Positions 25,561-38,123 of a stretch of DNA of 64,000 bases are shown here, piece after piece. Made by a program: the position numbers and the translations under genes. Within the stretch, counting starts at the first letter, position 1; every line of letters starts with the position of its first letter. The notes beneath the pieces are model-generated. The model was not told the origin of the DNA and searched no databases. It was given only the letters and a program-made list of their open reading frames with translations. The stretch spans positions 1 to 64,000 of the forward strand of contig NIVC01002791.1 in assembly GCA_002269645.1 (NCBI GenBank), written 5' to 3'. The DNA is from Macrostomum lignano (taxonomy: Eukaryota).

Positions 25561-26269
25561 CCCTTACTCACTGTCTACCGTCATTCCCGACTCGCTCACA
25601 ATTACGCTCGTATTTCATTCAAATTTGCACGTACGAACCAATCAAACCAGTCTCTACGAAGAGTAGTTTTTCTCGTATCTTCACCTCTGGCCAGATCTCC
25701 CTGCTGTACTTGCAATAGTCCACAGTCATTTCGCATATTTTGCATACGAGTATATTGCATGGCTTCAGAAAAATATTTTTAACTAAAATATTTATCGCAT
25801 ATCTAAAAAATTTCGCCCCCCTCCCCTTAATTCCCACTCAGTCCTCGCTCACGCTTCCAGTTACTACACCAGGACTCACTCTCCCTTCACTGTTAGGGGC
25901 AGTTCACTCATCCGTACCCGTCCCGCCACCTGCTCACCAATTGCCGCCCTTACAATGTTTTATTATAGAAGTTCTCGAGAAAGACGAGGGATGCATTTGT
26001 TTGCACAGCGATCCTACCCATTGTCCCGTATAGTTTCTGCTCCTAGAGGGGAATCGCCAAGAGATCCTCAGCTTAGGGAAGGCCATGCACTTCAATTCCG
26101 CTGTGTATTTTTCTGCAACTATAGTTATTCAAATACATTCCAGTGCGACAGAGTGGCTGCTATAAAATTGCACAAAAAAACTGTGAATTGCACTTCTGAA
26201 ATCATTGTAGTGAAGCTGTTAAAATTGTTTGCTGCCTTCAGTCAACAGTGTAATTGTTGCCTCAACTGC

Positions 26270-27535
26270 ATTTAGTAGAGATATAAGAGGTTTATTAGAT
26301 ACATCAGTTTTTACAGATAGCAGACATAGCAGAATATTTAGTAGATATAAGGTCTACCAAATCAATTACTAGATATTGGAGGGTCCCCAGATCATCTAGT
26401 ACGGATATTGTAGGTCCACTAGATCATATGGTAGAGATAAAGAGGTCTACCAGATCATTTGGTAGATATAAGGAGGTCTACCAGATCATTAAGTAGACAC
26501 TGGAGTTCTACCAGATCAATCAGTAGACACTGGAGTTCTACAAGATCAATCAGTAGACATTGAAGTTCTACCAGATCAATCAGTAGACAATGCAGTTCTA
26601 CCAGATCAATCAGTAGACACTGGAGTTCTACAAGATCATCAGTATGTAAAGCCTAGAGTTCTACAAGATCATCAGTATGTAAAGCCTAGAGTTCTACAAG
26701 ATCATCAGTATGTAAAGCCTAGAGTTCTACAAGATCATCAGTAGACACTGGAGTTCTACCAGATCAATCAGTAGAACCTGGAGTTCTACCAGATCAATCA
26801 GTAGAACCTGGAGTTCTGCCAAATCATTCAGTAGACACTGCAGTTCTACCAGATCATTCAGTAGACATTGCAGTTCTACCAATCATTCAGTAGACACTGG
26901 AGTTCTACAAGATCAATCAGTAGACATTGAAGTTCTACCAGATCAATCAGTAGACAATGCAGTTCTACCAGATCAATCAGTAGACACTGGAGTTCTACAA
27001 GATCATCAGTAGACACTGGAGTTCTACCAGATCAATCAGTAGACACTGGAGTTCTACAAGATCATCAGTAGACACTGGAATTCTACAAGATCATCAGTAG
27101 AACCTAGATTTCTACAATTAGATCATCAGTAGACACTGGAGTTCTACCAAATCACTCAGTAGACACTGCAGCTCTACCAGATCACTCAGTAGACACTGCA
27201 GCTCTACCAGATCACTCAGTAGACACTGCAGCTCTACCAGATCACTCAGTAGACACTGCAGCTCTACCAGATCACTCAGTAGACACTGCAGCTCTACCAG
27301 ATCAATCAGTAGACACTGGAGTTCTACAAGATCATCAGTAGACACTGGAATTCTACAAGATCATCAGTAGAACCTAGAGTTCTACAATTAGATCATCAGT
27401 AGACACTGCAGCTCTACCAGAACACTCAGTAGACACTGCAGCTCTACCAGATCACTCAGTAGACACTGCAGCTCTACCAGATCACTCAGTAGACACTGCA
27501 GCTCTACCAGATCACTCAGTAGACACTGCAGTTCG
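26270..27535. repeat. Minisatellite, ~30-bp unit AGATCA(A/C)TCAGTAGACACTG(G/C)AG(T/C)TCTACC
   Basis: About 40 copies, degenerate at the left end and homogeneous at the right. Confidence 0.95.
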
Positions 27536-28224
27536 TCAGAAGTTCCAGACTTCACAGACTGGAATATTATGCTCAATGCCTGTATCGCAGACTTCATAAG
27601 TACATTCAACAGGAACAATTTCAAAAAACCTTGTGAAGCAGTTTAGGATTAATTCCCAGAAGTTGTGTACACTGGAAGAGAAGCGTAAACAAGAAAACGG
27701 CACAAGAAGCTCTCAGCACAGGCAGATGGATGAGTAATCTTTGTTTGCTCGAAAGCTGAACGTCACTAAGTAAAGAACGACGAAATTAAGGGTTCGTCAT
27801 ACGAGCGGTGGTGATAGATGTGCTGCCGCGAGAGATCGCCCGCAACAAGGCCTGCAGACAAGATGATTCTTGACCTAACTTGAGACTTGAGCACCCAGTT
27901 AGCTCAAACCGGTTTGTATCCGATACCAAAGCTAATCGGCCAAATTCAGACAAATCTCCTTGGGTTTGCAGTCACCAACATGCAATCAAGATATTGAATA
28001 GTCGTAGACAAGGCGACTTAGGTTCCTTCTGCCCATTCTTAATTATTCATTTTGTGTGCAACTTGTGCGAACTTTACATTTATTAAAAGCGAATTTGTTT
28101 TCGTAAAATTTACGTCGAAAAAAGAATTGAGCTACTGGCAGTAGTGCAGTTAAATCATGAAACTATGAGTGCACGAGAACTTTTGTAAAAAAAATGAATC
28201 CTCAAGACACAATCTGCGTTTCCC

Positions 28225-29005
28225 AGATTCACCCAGACACCCCAGATTCACCCAGACACCCCAGATTCACCCAGACACCCCAGATTCACTCAGACACCCA
28301 GATTCACTCAGACACCCCAGATTCACTCAGACACCCCAGATTCACTCAGACACCCCAGATTCACTCAGACACCCCAGATTCACTCAGACACCCCAGATTC
28401 ACTCAGACACCCCAGATTCACTCAGACACCCCAGATTCACTCAGACACCCCAGATTCACTCAGACACCCCAGATTCACTCAGACACCCCAGATTCACTCA
28501 GACACCCCAGATTCACTCAGACACCCCAGATTCACTCAGACACCCCAGATTCACTCAGACACCCCAGATTCACTCAGACACCCCAGATTCATTCAGACAC
28601 CCCAGATTCACTCAGACACCCCAGATTCACTCAGACACCCCAGATTCACTCAGACACCCCAGATTCACTCAGACACCCCAGATTCACTCAGACACCCCAG
28701 ATTCACTCAGACACCCAGATTCACTCAGACACCCAGATTCACTCAGGCACCCCAGATTCACTCAGACACCCCAGATTCACTCAGACACCCAGATTCACTC
28801 AGACACCCAGATTCACTCAGACACCCAGATTCACTCAGACACCCAGATTCACACAGACACTCCAGATTCACTCAGACACCCCAGATTCACTCAGACACCC
28901 CAGATTCACTCAGACACCCAGATTCACACAGACACCCAGATTCACACAGACACTCCAGATTCACTCAGACACCCCAGATTCACTCAGACACCCAGATTCA
29001 CACAG
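28225..29005. repeat. Minisatellite, 19/18-bp unit CAGACACCC(C)AGATTCACT
   Basis: About 41 copies. Confidence 0.97.
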
Positions 29006-29321
29006 AAACCATTGATTGAGTTACTTAATTAAATGAGCAAGTTTTGTAAAGATTTATTGAATAAAAAAAACAGTCATTTCTCACGAATCGGTTCTTTTTA
29101 CAGAAAATATAGCAAGATTTATTCATTAACGAATGCCAGAGCAATATATTATTTAACTATGAAATAAGCATTCACATACACATTAAAAACTCACATATCA
29201 GTTACAACTCGAACTACTACAAGCATTGGCACAGCCAGGTGCCACAAAGAAATTTTGTAATACAAAAGTTGAAAAAATGAATTCACACAAACAATGAATG
29301 CATTGATGCACGATACATACT

Positions 29322-31238
29322 CCCGCCGGGCTGAATTTAGCCGTCTTTTATCCGATGCGTTGTCCGGAGTTTAATCCGGCAGGAATAGCAAATTTACATG
29401 CAAAAAAACGGACGAAAACCGGACGAAAAGTTTACAAAACGGATGAAAGTGTTGAAAATATGACGTTTATCCGGTTTGGTATCCGGCTGTGTGTCCGGTT
29501 ATTGCCCGATAAGTAATCCGGAGGAAGCCGGATGGGAGAGCGGAGCCAATTCCGGATGAAAACCGGATGAAATGTATGGATGTTACAGCCGGATAAGAAA
29601 CCGGAGCCATTTCCGGATCAAATGTATGGATACCTGTATACTGTCGTCGGATAATAATGGACATTCTAGATGCTTATTACTCAGCCTTAATTTGTGCTCT
29701 TTACAGCGGCTTCCAAAGGTTTGGCACAAAAATTGCACTATGTGGCGGCTATTATAGCTACGGCTCCTGCTCCTATCTATAGCTGCTGCTCCTGCTATGA
29801 TTCTGCTCGTATCTGTATGAACAAGCGAGGAGCTCTAGAGAAGCTTACTAGTAGAAAGCTTTCGGCAGGGGCGCGTCCAGAGGTTTCAGGATGGGGGGCC
29901 GATCAGGAGAGGGGAGAGAAGAGAGAGGAAGGATGAAAGAAGAGAGAAGAGATGAGATAGGAGAGATGAAAGAGGGGAAAGGAGAGATGAGAGAGCAGAG
30001 ACAAGAAATGTGACAGTAGAGCTAGAACAGAGGAGAGAGGAGAGGGAAGAGAAATATGTGAGAGCAGACATGAGAGACAGTGGGAGACAAGTGGAGTGGA
30101 TGGGAGGAGAAAGGAGAAAAAAGGGGGAGAATCGAGAGGACAAGAAGAGAGGGGAAGGGAGAGAAGAGGGAGGAGAGGAAAGAGAAGAATGGAGAAGGGA
30201 GAGAGTAGAAAGAAGAGGAGATGGGAGAGCAGGAGAGGTGAGAGATGAGAGGGAGGAGAGAGTAGAGACGAAAGAGAAGAGGTGAGGGAAGATGGACGAG
30301 AGAAGAGGGGAGATATAAGCGAAAATAATTCCGGGGATCAGAATTCCACATGTTCAAAATCCGCGGGTTTCAACAGCTAAGGTAAAAAAACTGAAAGTGG
30401 GGGGCCAATGGGGGGCCCATGGCTTTACAGGGGGGGGCCTGGGCCCCCTAGCCCCCCCCCCCCCTTGGACGGGCCACTGGCTTTCGGTAATTAAAACAGA
30501 GGATTATAAAGGCTTTAATCGAAACAGTAAGGCGATCTATATAACTTTTATCCCAACACATACATGGGCGAATGCCGCTGAAAAAAATTGTAGGGCCAGC
30601 GCCAGTTTAATTAGATGCAAATATTTCCAACGGGTATTGTAAACAGTACAATAAATAGACATGGCATGATCAATAAAATTTCCTGTCAACATTGATGCCC
30701 GGTGGCATCTGGTTAATAGATTCGGGTACAGAAGTAAACAACGGGCACATGTCCAATCGGCAGTCTTTTCCGTGGTATTTGAGCCGCAGTCCGCGTTTTG
30801 CTTCTCCCGGTCCATTTTTGAGCCTTGTGCGCTGAAAATTGACATTGACTTCAAGTGAACTCCCTCATCTGGATTTTGTCCGTTTCACTATCCGGAAGTT
30901 TATCACTGTAAGCCGGATTCACAGCCGGATAAAAAACCGGAACAACTCCGGGTAGAAAGTTATGATTCATCCGACTTTCATCCGCTTCTTATTCCGGTTG
31001 GCAGTCCGGTTTTCATCCGCTGATCGACCGGAGCAGGAATCGGACACAATCCGGATAAAATGTGATCAATAAAAACACTTTAATCCGGTTTTGCTCCGGA
31101 GTTTCCTCCGTTTGTTAGTCCGGTAAGAACTGCCGGATCAAAACCGGATAAAAATTCATTTTCGTCCGGAAAAGTCTAAAATTACGGATTAAACCGGATG
31201 AAGGCCGGGTAAATACCGGGTACCGACAGCCAGGCGGG
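29322..31238. mobile_element. Non-autonomous CMC/EnSpm-like DNA transposon (1.9 kb) with a nested hAT MITE
   Basis: TIR CCCGCCGGGCTG (29322) / CAGCCAGGCGGG (31227-31238), a 2-bp TSD CT on both sides, and dense ATCCGG/CCGGAT subterminal repeats at 29330-29620 and 30875-31225. Confidence 0.7.
29866..30479. mobile_element. hAT MITE with a GA-rich polypurine interior
   Basis: TIR CAGGGGCGCGTCCA / TGGACGGGCCACTG and a perfect 8-bp TSD GCTTTCGG (29858-29865, 30480-30487). Homologous to 59715-61665 in the opposite orientation. Confidence 0.92.
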
Positions 31239-31255
31239 CTACTGATTAAAACATA

Positions 31256-32442
31256 TCAATCTGTGGAGCCAAACACCAACCGATCCAGCCGAGAGTCAAT
31301 CAAGGTCAGGTGCTCCTGCAATGCCGAGGCGTCAGTCAGCACAGCGGCTGGCAGCTTGGCCAGTCTGTCCCAGCCTGACTCGAATCGCTTCACCTCCCGC
31401 AACAGGTGAGTCCAGCCCGACTCCCAGTAGAGGCGGGTGTCCCAGCACCTGGTTTGTATAAACCGCTTTTGTGAGTGTCGCATTACCACTTTTGTATCTG
31501 AATAACTCATTAGCTACCTGAATACCTCATTAGCTACCTGAATACCTCCTTAGCTACCTGGATACTTCATTAGCTACCTGAATAACCCATTAGCTTCCAG
31601 AATACCCCATTAGCTACCTTGAATACCTCATTAGCTACCTGAATACCTCATTAGCTACCTGAGTACCTCATTAGCTAACCGAATACCTCATTAGCTACCC
31701 GAATACCTCATTAGCTACTTGAATACCTCATTAGCTACCTGAGCACCTCATTAGCATACTAAACTAATGACAAGCAAGCAAACTCTCACCTAGCAACAGT
31801 ACCGTCAGCACGCAGAAAGTATCTCAACAACAGCAGAAAGCATTGGGGCATCGCTCTGAAGCGCAGGCACATCTGAGCGGTGCCGCTGTCGCCCAGCTCA
31901 TCCTCGTACAGCTGGGTCTCGCAGTAGAACAGAATTCGATCCCGCCTACGCAGCCGCTCCAGATTGATGGCATCGCCGGCAGCCGCTGGCTCCTCCTTCC
32001 AGCCGGAGCCCAGCAGGGTGCCGGAATAATCGCTGGCAAACGTCCAATCGTATGGCTTAGCAGATTCTTGAGCATATTCAAGCCGGGTGCTCAGCCACTG
32101 CTCGGACACAGCCAGTTTCAGGCTGCTAGAATGAGCATCAACTCGGCGCAAAGCATCGAGAGCGTTGAACTCTAATGAGCAGCCGGATTCGATGTGCTCA
32201 AGCCGGAGACAGTTGCGGTCGAACACCATATCAGGCAGGGCTGGCAATTCCAGTTCACTGCGCATTGCGGAGTAGCGGGGACCGTCCGATGGTAGAATAT
32301 GACTGCGCCTGGCATAGATGCGCCACGGGGGGTAGGATGACGTCATCTCCTCCTCGGCGGCATTGTTAGGGTTTGCAGATCCAACTGAAGCTGTGGCAGC
32401 CTGTGATGGGGCTGCAGTAGCTGGGGGCGGTTCAGATGCCAT
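31256..32442 (-). CDS. TIPRL: TIP41-like protein (PP2A-family regulator), 2 exons, 281 aa
   Basis: Exons 31790-32442 and 31256-31448 with a phase-2 GT-AG intron. Motifs LPDMVF, LEFNALDAL, KPYDWTF-SDY-GTL, LYEDEL-D-G and RFRAMPQCFLLLLRYFLR-DG...DTRLY are characteristic of TIP41. Confidence 0.95.
31500..31755. repeat. Intronic minisatellite, 20-bp unit CATTAGCTACCTGAATACCT
   Basis: About 12 copies fill most of the 341-bp TIPRL intron. Confidence 0.93.
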
Positions 32443-33007
32443 GAAAATTGGTGTTTTGATTCTTAGTTAAAATCTTATGGCTATGCAGCTTTTTATTTTT
32501 CCATTGGCACTGATCCAGAATTCAGAATTTCACAGACACAGACGCGAGTTGTGACAGCATTGGAGCCTGCTTAGAATTAGAGCCAGTTCGGTATATTGAA
32601 TACCGAAGTGGTGCTAAGCTAAACACACCAATGCATATGGATTATCAAGACAACCTGCAGAGATTAGAAGATAATCAGGAGACTAAGGCAGAACAGTGCA
32701 CCAAAGCTGAGACAGGTCCAGTTCAGTAATTCCTACTGTTACAGTAAACTGAAGTCAGACCAATATCTCTAGCTACAAGCATCAGAGGTGCCAGACTGAT
32801 CCGATTAGAGAAGTAGAAGACAATGAAGAGTACAAAGACTCAAGAGTATTTCAAAGAAGAGCAAGAAAAGAGCAGCATTAGAGTTCTTGTGAGAATCTCT
32901 GATTGACAGTTCTTTGAGTACAATAAGAAATAGACAGAGTGAGAAGTGGCAAGAAGATGCTAGTCTTATAATCTCACTCCAGTGCCTAACTCACAAATAG
33001 ACTTCCC

Positions 33008-33325
33008 AATTTTTTTATTAGAGACAGGGGGGTTATGTGCACCCTGGCGCACTTTAAGCGACATAGGCACACAACTGGCGAGAGGCATTACTGCCCATTT
33101 CACTGACTCCCCTGAGCAGGCACACAAGCACGCGGATATATATGCAGGCACACTCACACAGGAGTGTACAGCAGCCCTAACTTTATTTTATCATTAGGCA
33201 TGTACACTTCACTGCACCTTGGAGGGTTGGCTCTCAAGGCCGTTAATTGCATGAGCAGAGCCAAGCCGAGATTCCAATTCAGCCCCAAATTAATGTGACT
33301 GCACTTGGAATTGAGCCTGGGTTGC
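33008..33325 (-). mobile_element. SINE-like retroposon, copy B (CpG-decayed, with an internal hairpin insert)
   Basis: Aligns with 21635-21905 and has the same A-rich tail. Many CG sites of copy A read TG/CA here. An extra ~35 bp is inserted at ~33255-33295. Confidence 0.6.
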
Positions 33326-33716
33326 TGGCACACCAGAGCAGCTGCGTTACTGCTGGGCTATGGCCCCCTAATAGACTTCCCAAACAAACCAAATAAAGAA
33401 ATGGAACCTACAAATAGGGGAAAGCAAAAGGAGAACCAGAAAAAGAAGGCAACAGCAACAAAAGAAACCAAAGAAAAAGAAAGAGCTTTAGAACTAATAT
33501 AATACTAGACAATAGTTCAGAGGAAGAAAGAATTCAATGGAAAGCCAGAGAAATTGAGCGAGATAAAGACAAAATTGAACAGAATAAAGGAGAAATAGAG
33601 GATAAATCAATAGACAATGAAAGAACTGAGCCAACTAAGATAGATATAACTGCATTAGAGCCAAATCAAAAAAGGAATAAGAATGAGAGCTTAACAAAGG
33701 CCTTGCTATAACCTAA

Positions 33717-34566
33717 CAGTGTTGGGCAAGTTACTCAAAAAAGTAACTTGCATTACTATAACTTAAGTTACCAATTTTTTTTAAATTTTAAAAACTTATG
33801 TTAGCCTAGTAACTTTAGACAAAAACCCAGTAACTTTTGAGTTACTGTCTGTTACTCACTTCTGTTACCCATGTTATTAAAAAAATTTTCTGCTTTTTTC
33901 ACATTGCACATTTTTCATATTGTTGTTACTGAAATTTGCCATTGGGCATTGGTATTAACCAATTAACAGACAGACAGAAATTGGCAACACAATGTAAGGC
34001 AAGTAGAAGGACCAATGGGCAATGGCAATCAATAATTAAAATTATAAATGATAAAATAAACAAATATCAATAATTCAATAGAATAAAATAAATAGAACTA
34101 TATAAATGGTGTAGTGTACTGCAGTGCCAGTGGAAGGACTTGTGGAGGCTACAGATGAATTTTTTTCTTTGGTTGTTTGTTTGAATCAAACTTGAAAATT
34201 TTTATAGTAACTTGAAAATGAAAGGCAAAAATATTTTACCAAAATTATAACAAAGTAAAACATGTTATTAAGTATTTCTTCATTAATTAAAGTGCAATAC
34301 TATATGATACTATTCACTTGAATTTAGGAATGAAAAATGCAAAAACATGTGACAACCGGCGTAATAAGCTAGCCTAAGCATTTCAGTTTTAAATTTAAAT
34401 ATTGCAATTGTTGCAAAGTAACTATAACTCAGACTTTCGAAATTTGAGTAACTTACCATTACTCTGTTACTAAAATAAAAAAGTAACTTGCGTAAGGAAT
34501 GCTTTACAAAAAAGTAACTTGCGTTACCATTTGCAAGTTACTTGGTAATGGAAGTGCCCAACACTG
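33717..34566. mobile_element. hAT MITE (850 bp) with GTAAC/GTTAC subterminal repeats
   Basis: TIR CAGTGTTGGGCA / TGCCCAACACTG and a perfect 8-bp TSD TAACCTAA (33709-33716, 34567-34574). Confidence 0.92.
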
Positions 34567-35189
34567 TAACCTAAGACCCCAGTGAGAGAGCCTAGGCCCT
34601 AGTCATCATAGGCTTTGTTCCCTGGAGGTGCTATTCTTACTACCAAAATTGATAGGCCTGATGTTAAATGAGTATAAATATATAAATTAACTATACAAAA
34701 AAGCTCAATAAAACTATAATTATAAAAGTAAAAGTTATAAATATATAAAAATACAATAAATATCATAATCATATTCATCTGGAAATAATTAAATTACCTA
34801 TAAACTTATATCTCATATAAGTTTGCATCTATACTTTACTTATGACAGTGAAATTCTAGGAAAACACTGTGCACTACTTATAGTAGAGTGAACCACCCAC
34901 TCATTGAAATACAATACATATAGTACTAGTAGATAAATACATAATTATATACTCTACTAGTACTAGGGCTAGGCCTAGGCCTAGTAGGCCCCCTAATATC
35001 TGCATCAGGGCCTACATGAAATAGATATAGTCAAAATTGTCATATTCAAAATTGTCATAGGCCTATGATGATGACAACTTGACCAATCTATAAGATTTTA
35101 ACCTTTAAATATGATAAATTTGACCAACTTAAGGCAAGGGCATGTTTATTTTATTTCGTGAAATTAATGTCTATAATTGTATTTGCTCT

Positions 35190-35270
35190 TCAGGGACTAG
35201 CGGAATGGGCGCCCGCGCCTTCCCGCTGTGTCCCCTCCGGGACAGCCCTGCAGTTAAGTCAAGTAAGTCA
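35190..35270 (+). mobile_element. Short 3'-end fragment of a LINE family
   Basis: CTAGCGGAATGGGCG...CTGCAGTTAAGTCAAGTAAGTC matches the 3' end of the LINE remnant at 45150-45230 (minus strand). Confidence 0.5.
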
Positions 35271-36699
35271 AAAATTGTATTTGCTCTATATTTGAATTAT
35301 TTCTGCCAATGTACAAATCAGCCAGAGCCGAAAGACTAAAGTTATATTGCATATTTTAAAGAGAACAGAGAGCTGTCATCTTGATGGCATTAGTAAGATT
35401 TCGATAGGCCCCTAGGCCTAAGATATAAACAAGCCCTACATTAACTTTGGTAGGCCTAACATCACTGGGATCTTTTTAAGAGGGAAGTTAACCAATACCA
35501 CAATGTGAGGCCGTGAGGGTTTCCCTAATTATCGGCCCCGATCTCAGCAAAGACTTTCAGACCTAGGTACATTCAAAACGATCGTCTTAACTTTTAAAAA
35601 ATTGACCTGCTTCAACCATCTTTTTAACAAAATATTTACGTAATGATTAGGCGTTGAATGAGCTTTAATTTATCACCCGTGTTGACAGAGAAACCTTCTT
35701 AAGGCTAATTCGTGCATGCACAAAGGAAGCCTAATCGGTTGAAAAGAACATGCACGAATATCTTTGTGCATGTTCTCAAGGCCTAACAAGCCAATAATTT
35801 TTACACGTTTTGATCCACTTACGAGGCCCCATTTGATCTCGACTCTTCTCTCTGACTCTCCTTTGTCCTCTTTGATTTTATGTTAGGCTTTCTGTTAGGT
35901 TGGTATTGAGCCTAGGCCTATACTGAAACAAGTGAGAATTTTTTGTATTGTATTGTATTCTTCTTAGCCTAGTAGGCCTAATTAGAGTTTCTACACTAGC
36001 TAGGCCTACTTAATTTTTTATGACCTGCCTTCTCCATTCTCCACTAGGCAGGGGTCTAGGCTAATCCTATAAATTGAGTAGGTAGGCCCTGTACTGTGAT
36101 ATAGTTTGTTTAATTGTAGCTTAGGTCTATATTTAATAGTTTAAGCGGCTAAGCCTAGCTCCTAACTATAGGCCTATTGTAGAAATTTATGCCTATTTTA
36201 TTTACTATTTATAAATATGGTAAGGGTAGGCCTATCTAGGCTAGCTAATAGTTTTTAGGCTATTGACCTAGGCAAGCCTAAGAAGCTAAGCCTAGGCCTA
36301 GTATTAGCTAGGGCCTAAGTCTATTAATAGACCTAATCTATATAGTATCAAGTATACAACATAATAGGATTAGCCCATTATTATTAGTTTGATAATATGA
36401 GATCCAAGACTATCAAGGACTATGATTGCTATATTTAATTAATTTGTCTAACTAGGAAAAAAAGAATTTTGCATTTTTTGGATTTAATTGCTCTTTATCT
36501 ATTCAAGTCTGGATATTAGGCCTAAATTGATTAGGCGTTAGCCCTAGACTAATCTAAATATACTAAATCTCTAAGGTTTATATGCTTGCTTGCTTTCCAG
36601 ATATATTAAATTTCTAATATTTATTTGTATGCTTGCTTGTAAATACTAAATAGCAAAGGAGATTCAAAGGATGCATATGATTTTGATAGCAAGTTATAG

Positions 36700-37085
36700 T
36701 ATAAGAAGGATATATATATAGGAGTAGGCCTATAGCCTATAGGAATATAGGAGAGATATATATAGGAGTAGGCCTATAGGGCCTAGGAATATAGGAGAGA
36801 TATATATAGGAGTAGGCCTATAGAAATATAGGAGGGATATATATATATATAGGAGTAGGCTTATACGAATATAGGAGATATATATATATAGGAGTAGGCC
36901 TATAGGGCCAGGAATATAGGAGGGATATATATAGGAGTAGGCCTATAAGAATATAGGAGGGATATATATATAGGAGTAGGCCTATGAGAATATAGGAGGG
37001 ATTTATATATAGGAGTAGGCCTATAGGAATATAGGAAGGATATATATATATATATATAGGAGTAGGCCTATAGGAATAAGGAATA
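36700..37085. repeat. Minisatellite, ~36-40-bp unit with a variable (AT)n core (ATATATAGGAGTAGGCCTATAGGAATATAGGAG)
   Basis: About 10 copies, abutting the truncated 3' end of the mariner. Confidence 0.9.
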
Positions 37086-38123
37086 TAGGTCTAGTGAAGG
37101 TCTAGTGAATAGGCAGGGTATAGTTGCTCTCAGAACCCTATAATGCTGATAGCTACTTTTGCTAATATATTAGTATGATCAGGTGCATTGTTATGTAGCA
37201 GCACTACCATAGCTCAGTATTCCTTTCCAATTCTCCTTGATTTCTTCATGTAGATAGGCAATCAAATCAACATAGAAAGTAACTATGACTGTCTACTTAT
37301 GTGGGAAAAAGTCTAATAGCAGTGGGCCTTTGGTATCCCTAAACATGGTGAGCATTATCTTGCCTATACTGTATTTAGTCCATGTCTTTAGTGGCACAAG
37401 TGCATTAACTAGCAGCCACTACTTTGACTCTTCCTTTGATTTGGGATCATGGTGGTAGATCTATGTCTTATCACTACTCTACTCACATAGCAAGATAGAA
37501 AGCTAGCAAGATCTAGATTGTAAGTTTGCAAGACAAGCTTTACATACTGCAACTGGGTAGACTTCTAGTTGCCTATCAAGATTTGCAAGATCTACTAGAC
37601 CAAGACCTTTGATGGATAAAGATGCTGGTATAGAATTTCAATGACCTGTGGATCAAAGAGCCTAGTATCTGCCATAAATTCCTTAACTTTTACTTGCCAT
37701 TCTCTATTAACTAAGGCCTACATATGCTGGATGTTTTTAGCAGTGACAGCAGTCTGGGGCATCCACATTGAGGGTCATCTTTGAGAGAGTCATGGCCATG
37801 CTTGAACTTAGCTGTTCTATATTTGACAATGACATATAAGAAGGCAGCCCTAGCATATACACCAGCTATGCAACTTTGGATTTTAGCAAGTTTTGAGCCC
37901 TCCATGGTTAGGAATTTGATCATTGCCCTATATTCAATCTTCAGTTCTAAAGAATTATACCATAGGTAGCTGGAACCAATAAGGTGCTATGGAACTTAAA
38001 TAATGCATAGGGAGTAGAAAATTTTGTCAAAGACTAGTAACATTATTGTGCTAAAGCATTAATTTTCAGTGCTTTGTGACCATGGGATCTTTGTTAGTCT
38101 CAGAACATTTTTAGTGCCCTTTG
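37085..38123 (-). pseudogene. Hypermutated mariner (DD34D) transposon remnant
   Basis: Translation gives KIEYRAMIKFL..., KFKHGHDSLKDDPQCGCP (cf. EFKRGRxSLEDDPRSGRP), DKT*IYHHDPKSKEESK*W (cf. DETWIYxYDPEsKxQSxQW), GKIMLTMFRDTKGPLLLDF (cf. GKVMxTVFWDxxG), HNNAP (cf. HDNAP) and YSLDL (cf. YSPDL). The 5' end TA|CAAAGGGCAC resembles the mariner TA|CGAGGGGCG terminus. Confidence 0.88.

Noticed and set aside
10180-29005. Tandem arrays as CRISPR loci
   Set aside because: The units abut directly with no unique spacers, there are no cas genes, and the context is eukaryotic and intron-containing.
28169-29032. Long HPRFTQ/QIHSD ORFs, and similar ORFs at 16608, 16634, 18704, 20007, 21084, 27118
   Set aside because: They are explained by minisatellites and several frames are open at once.
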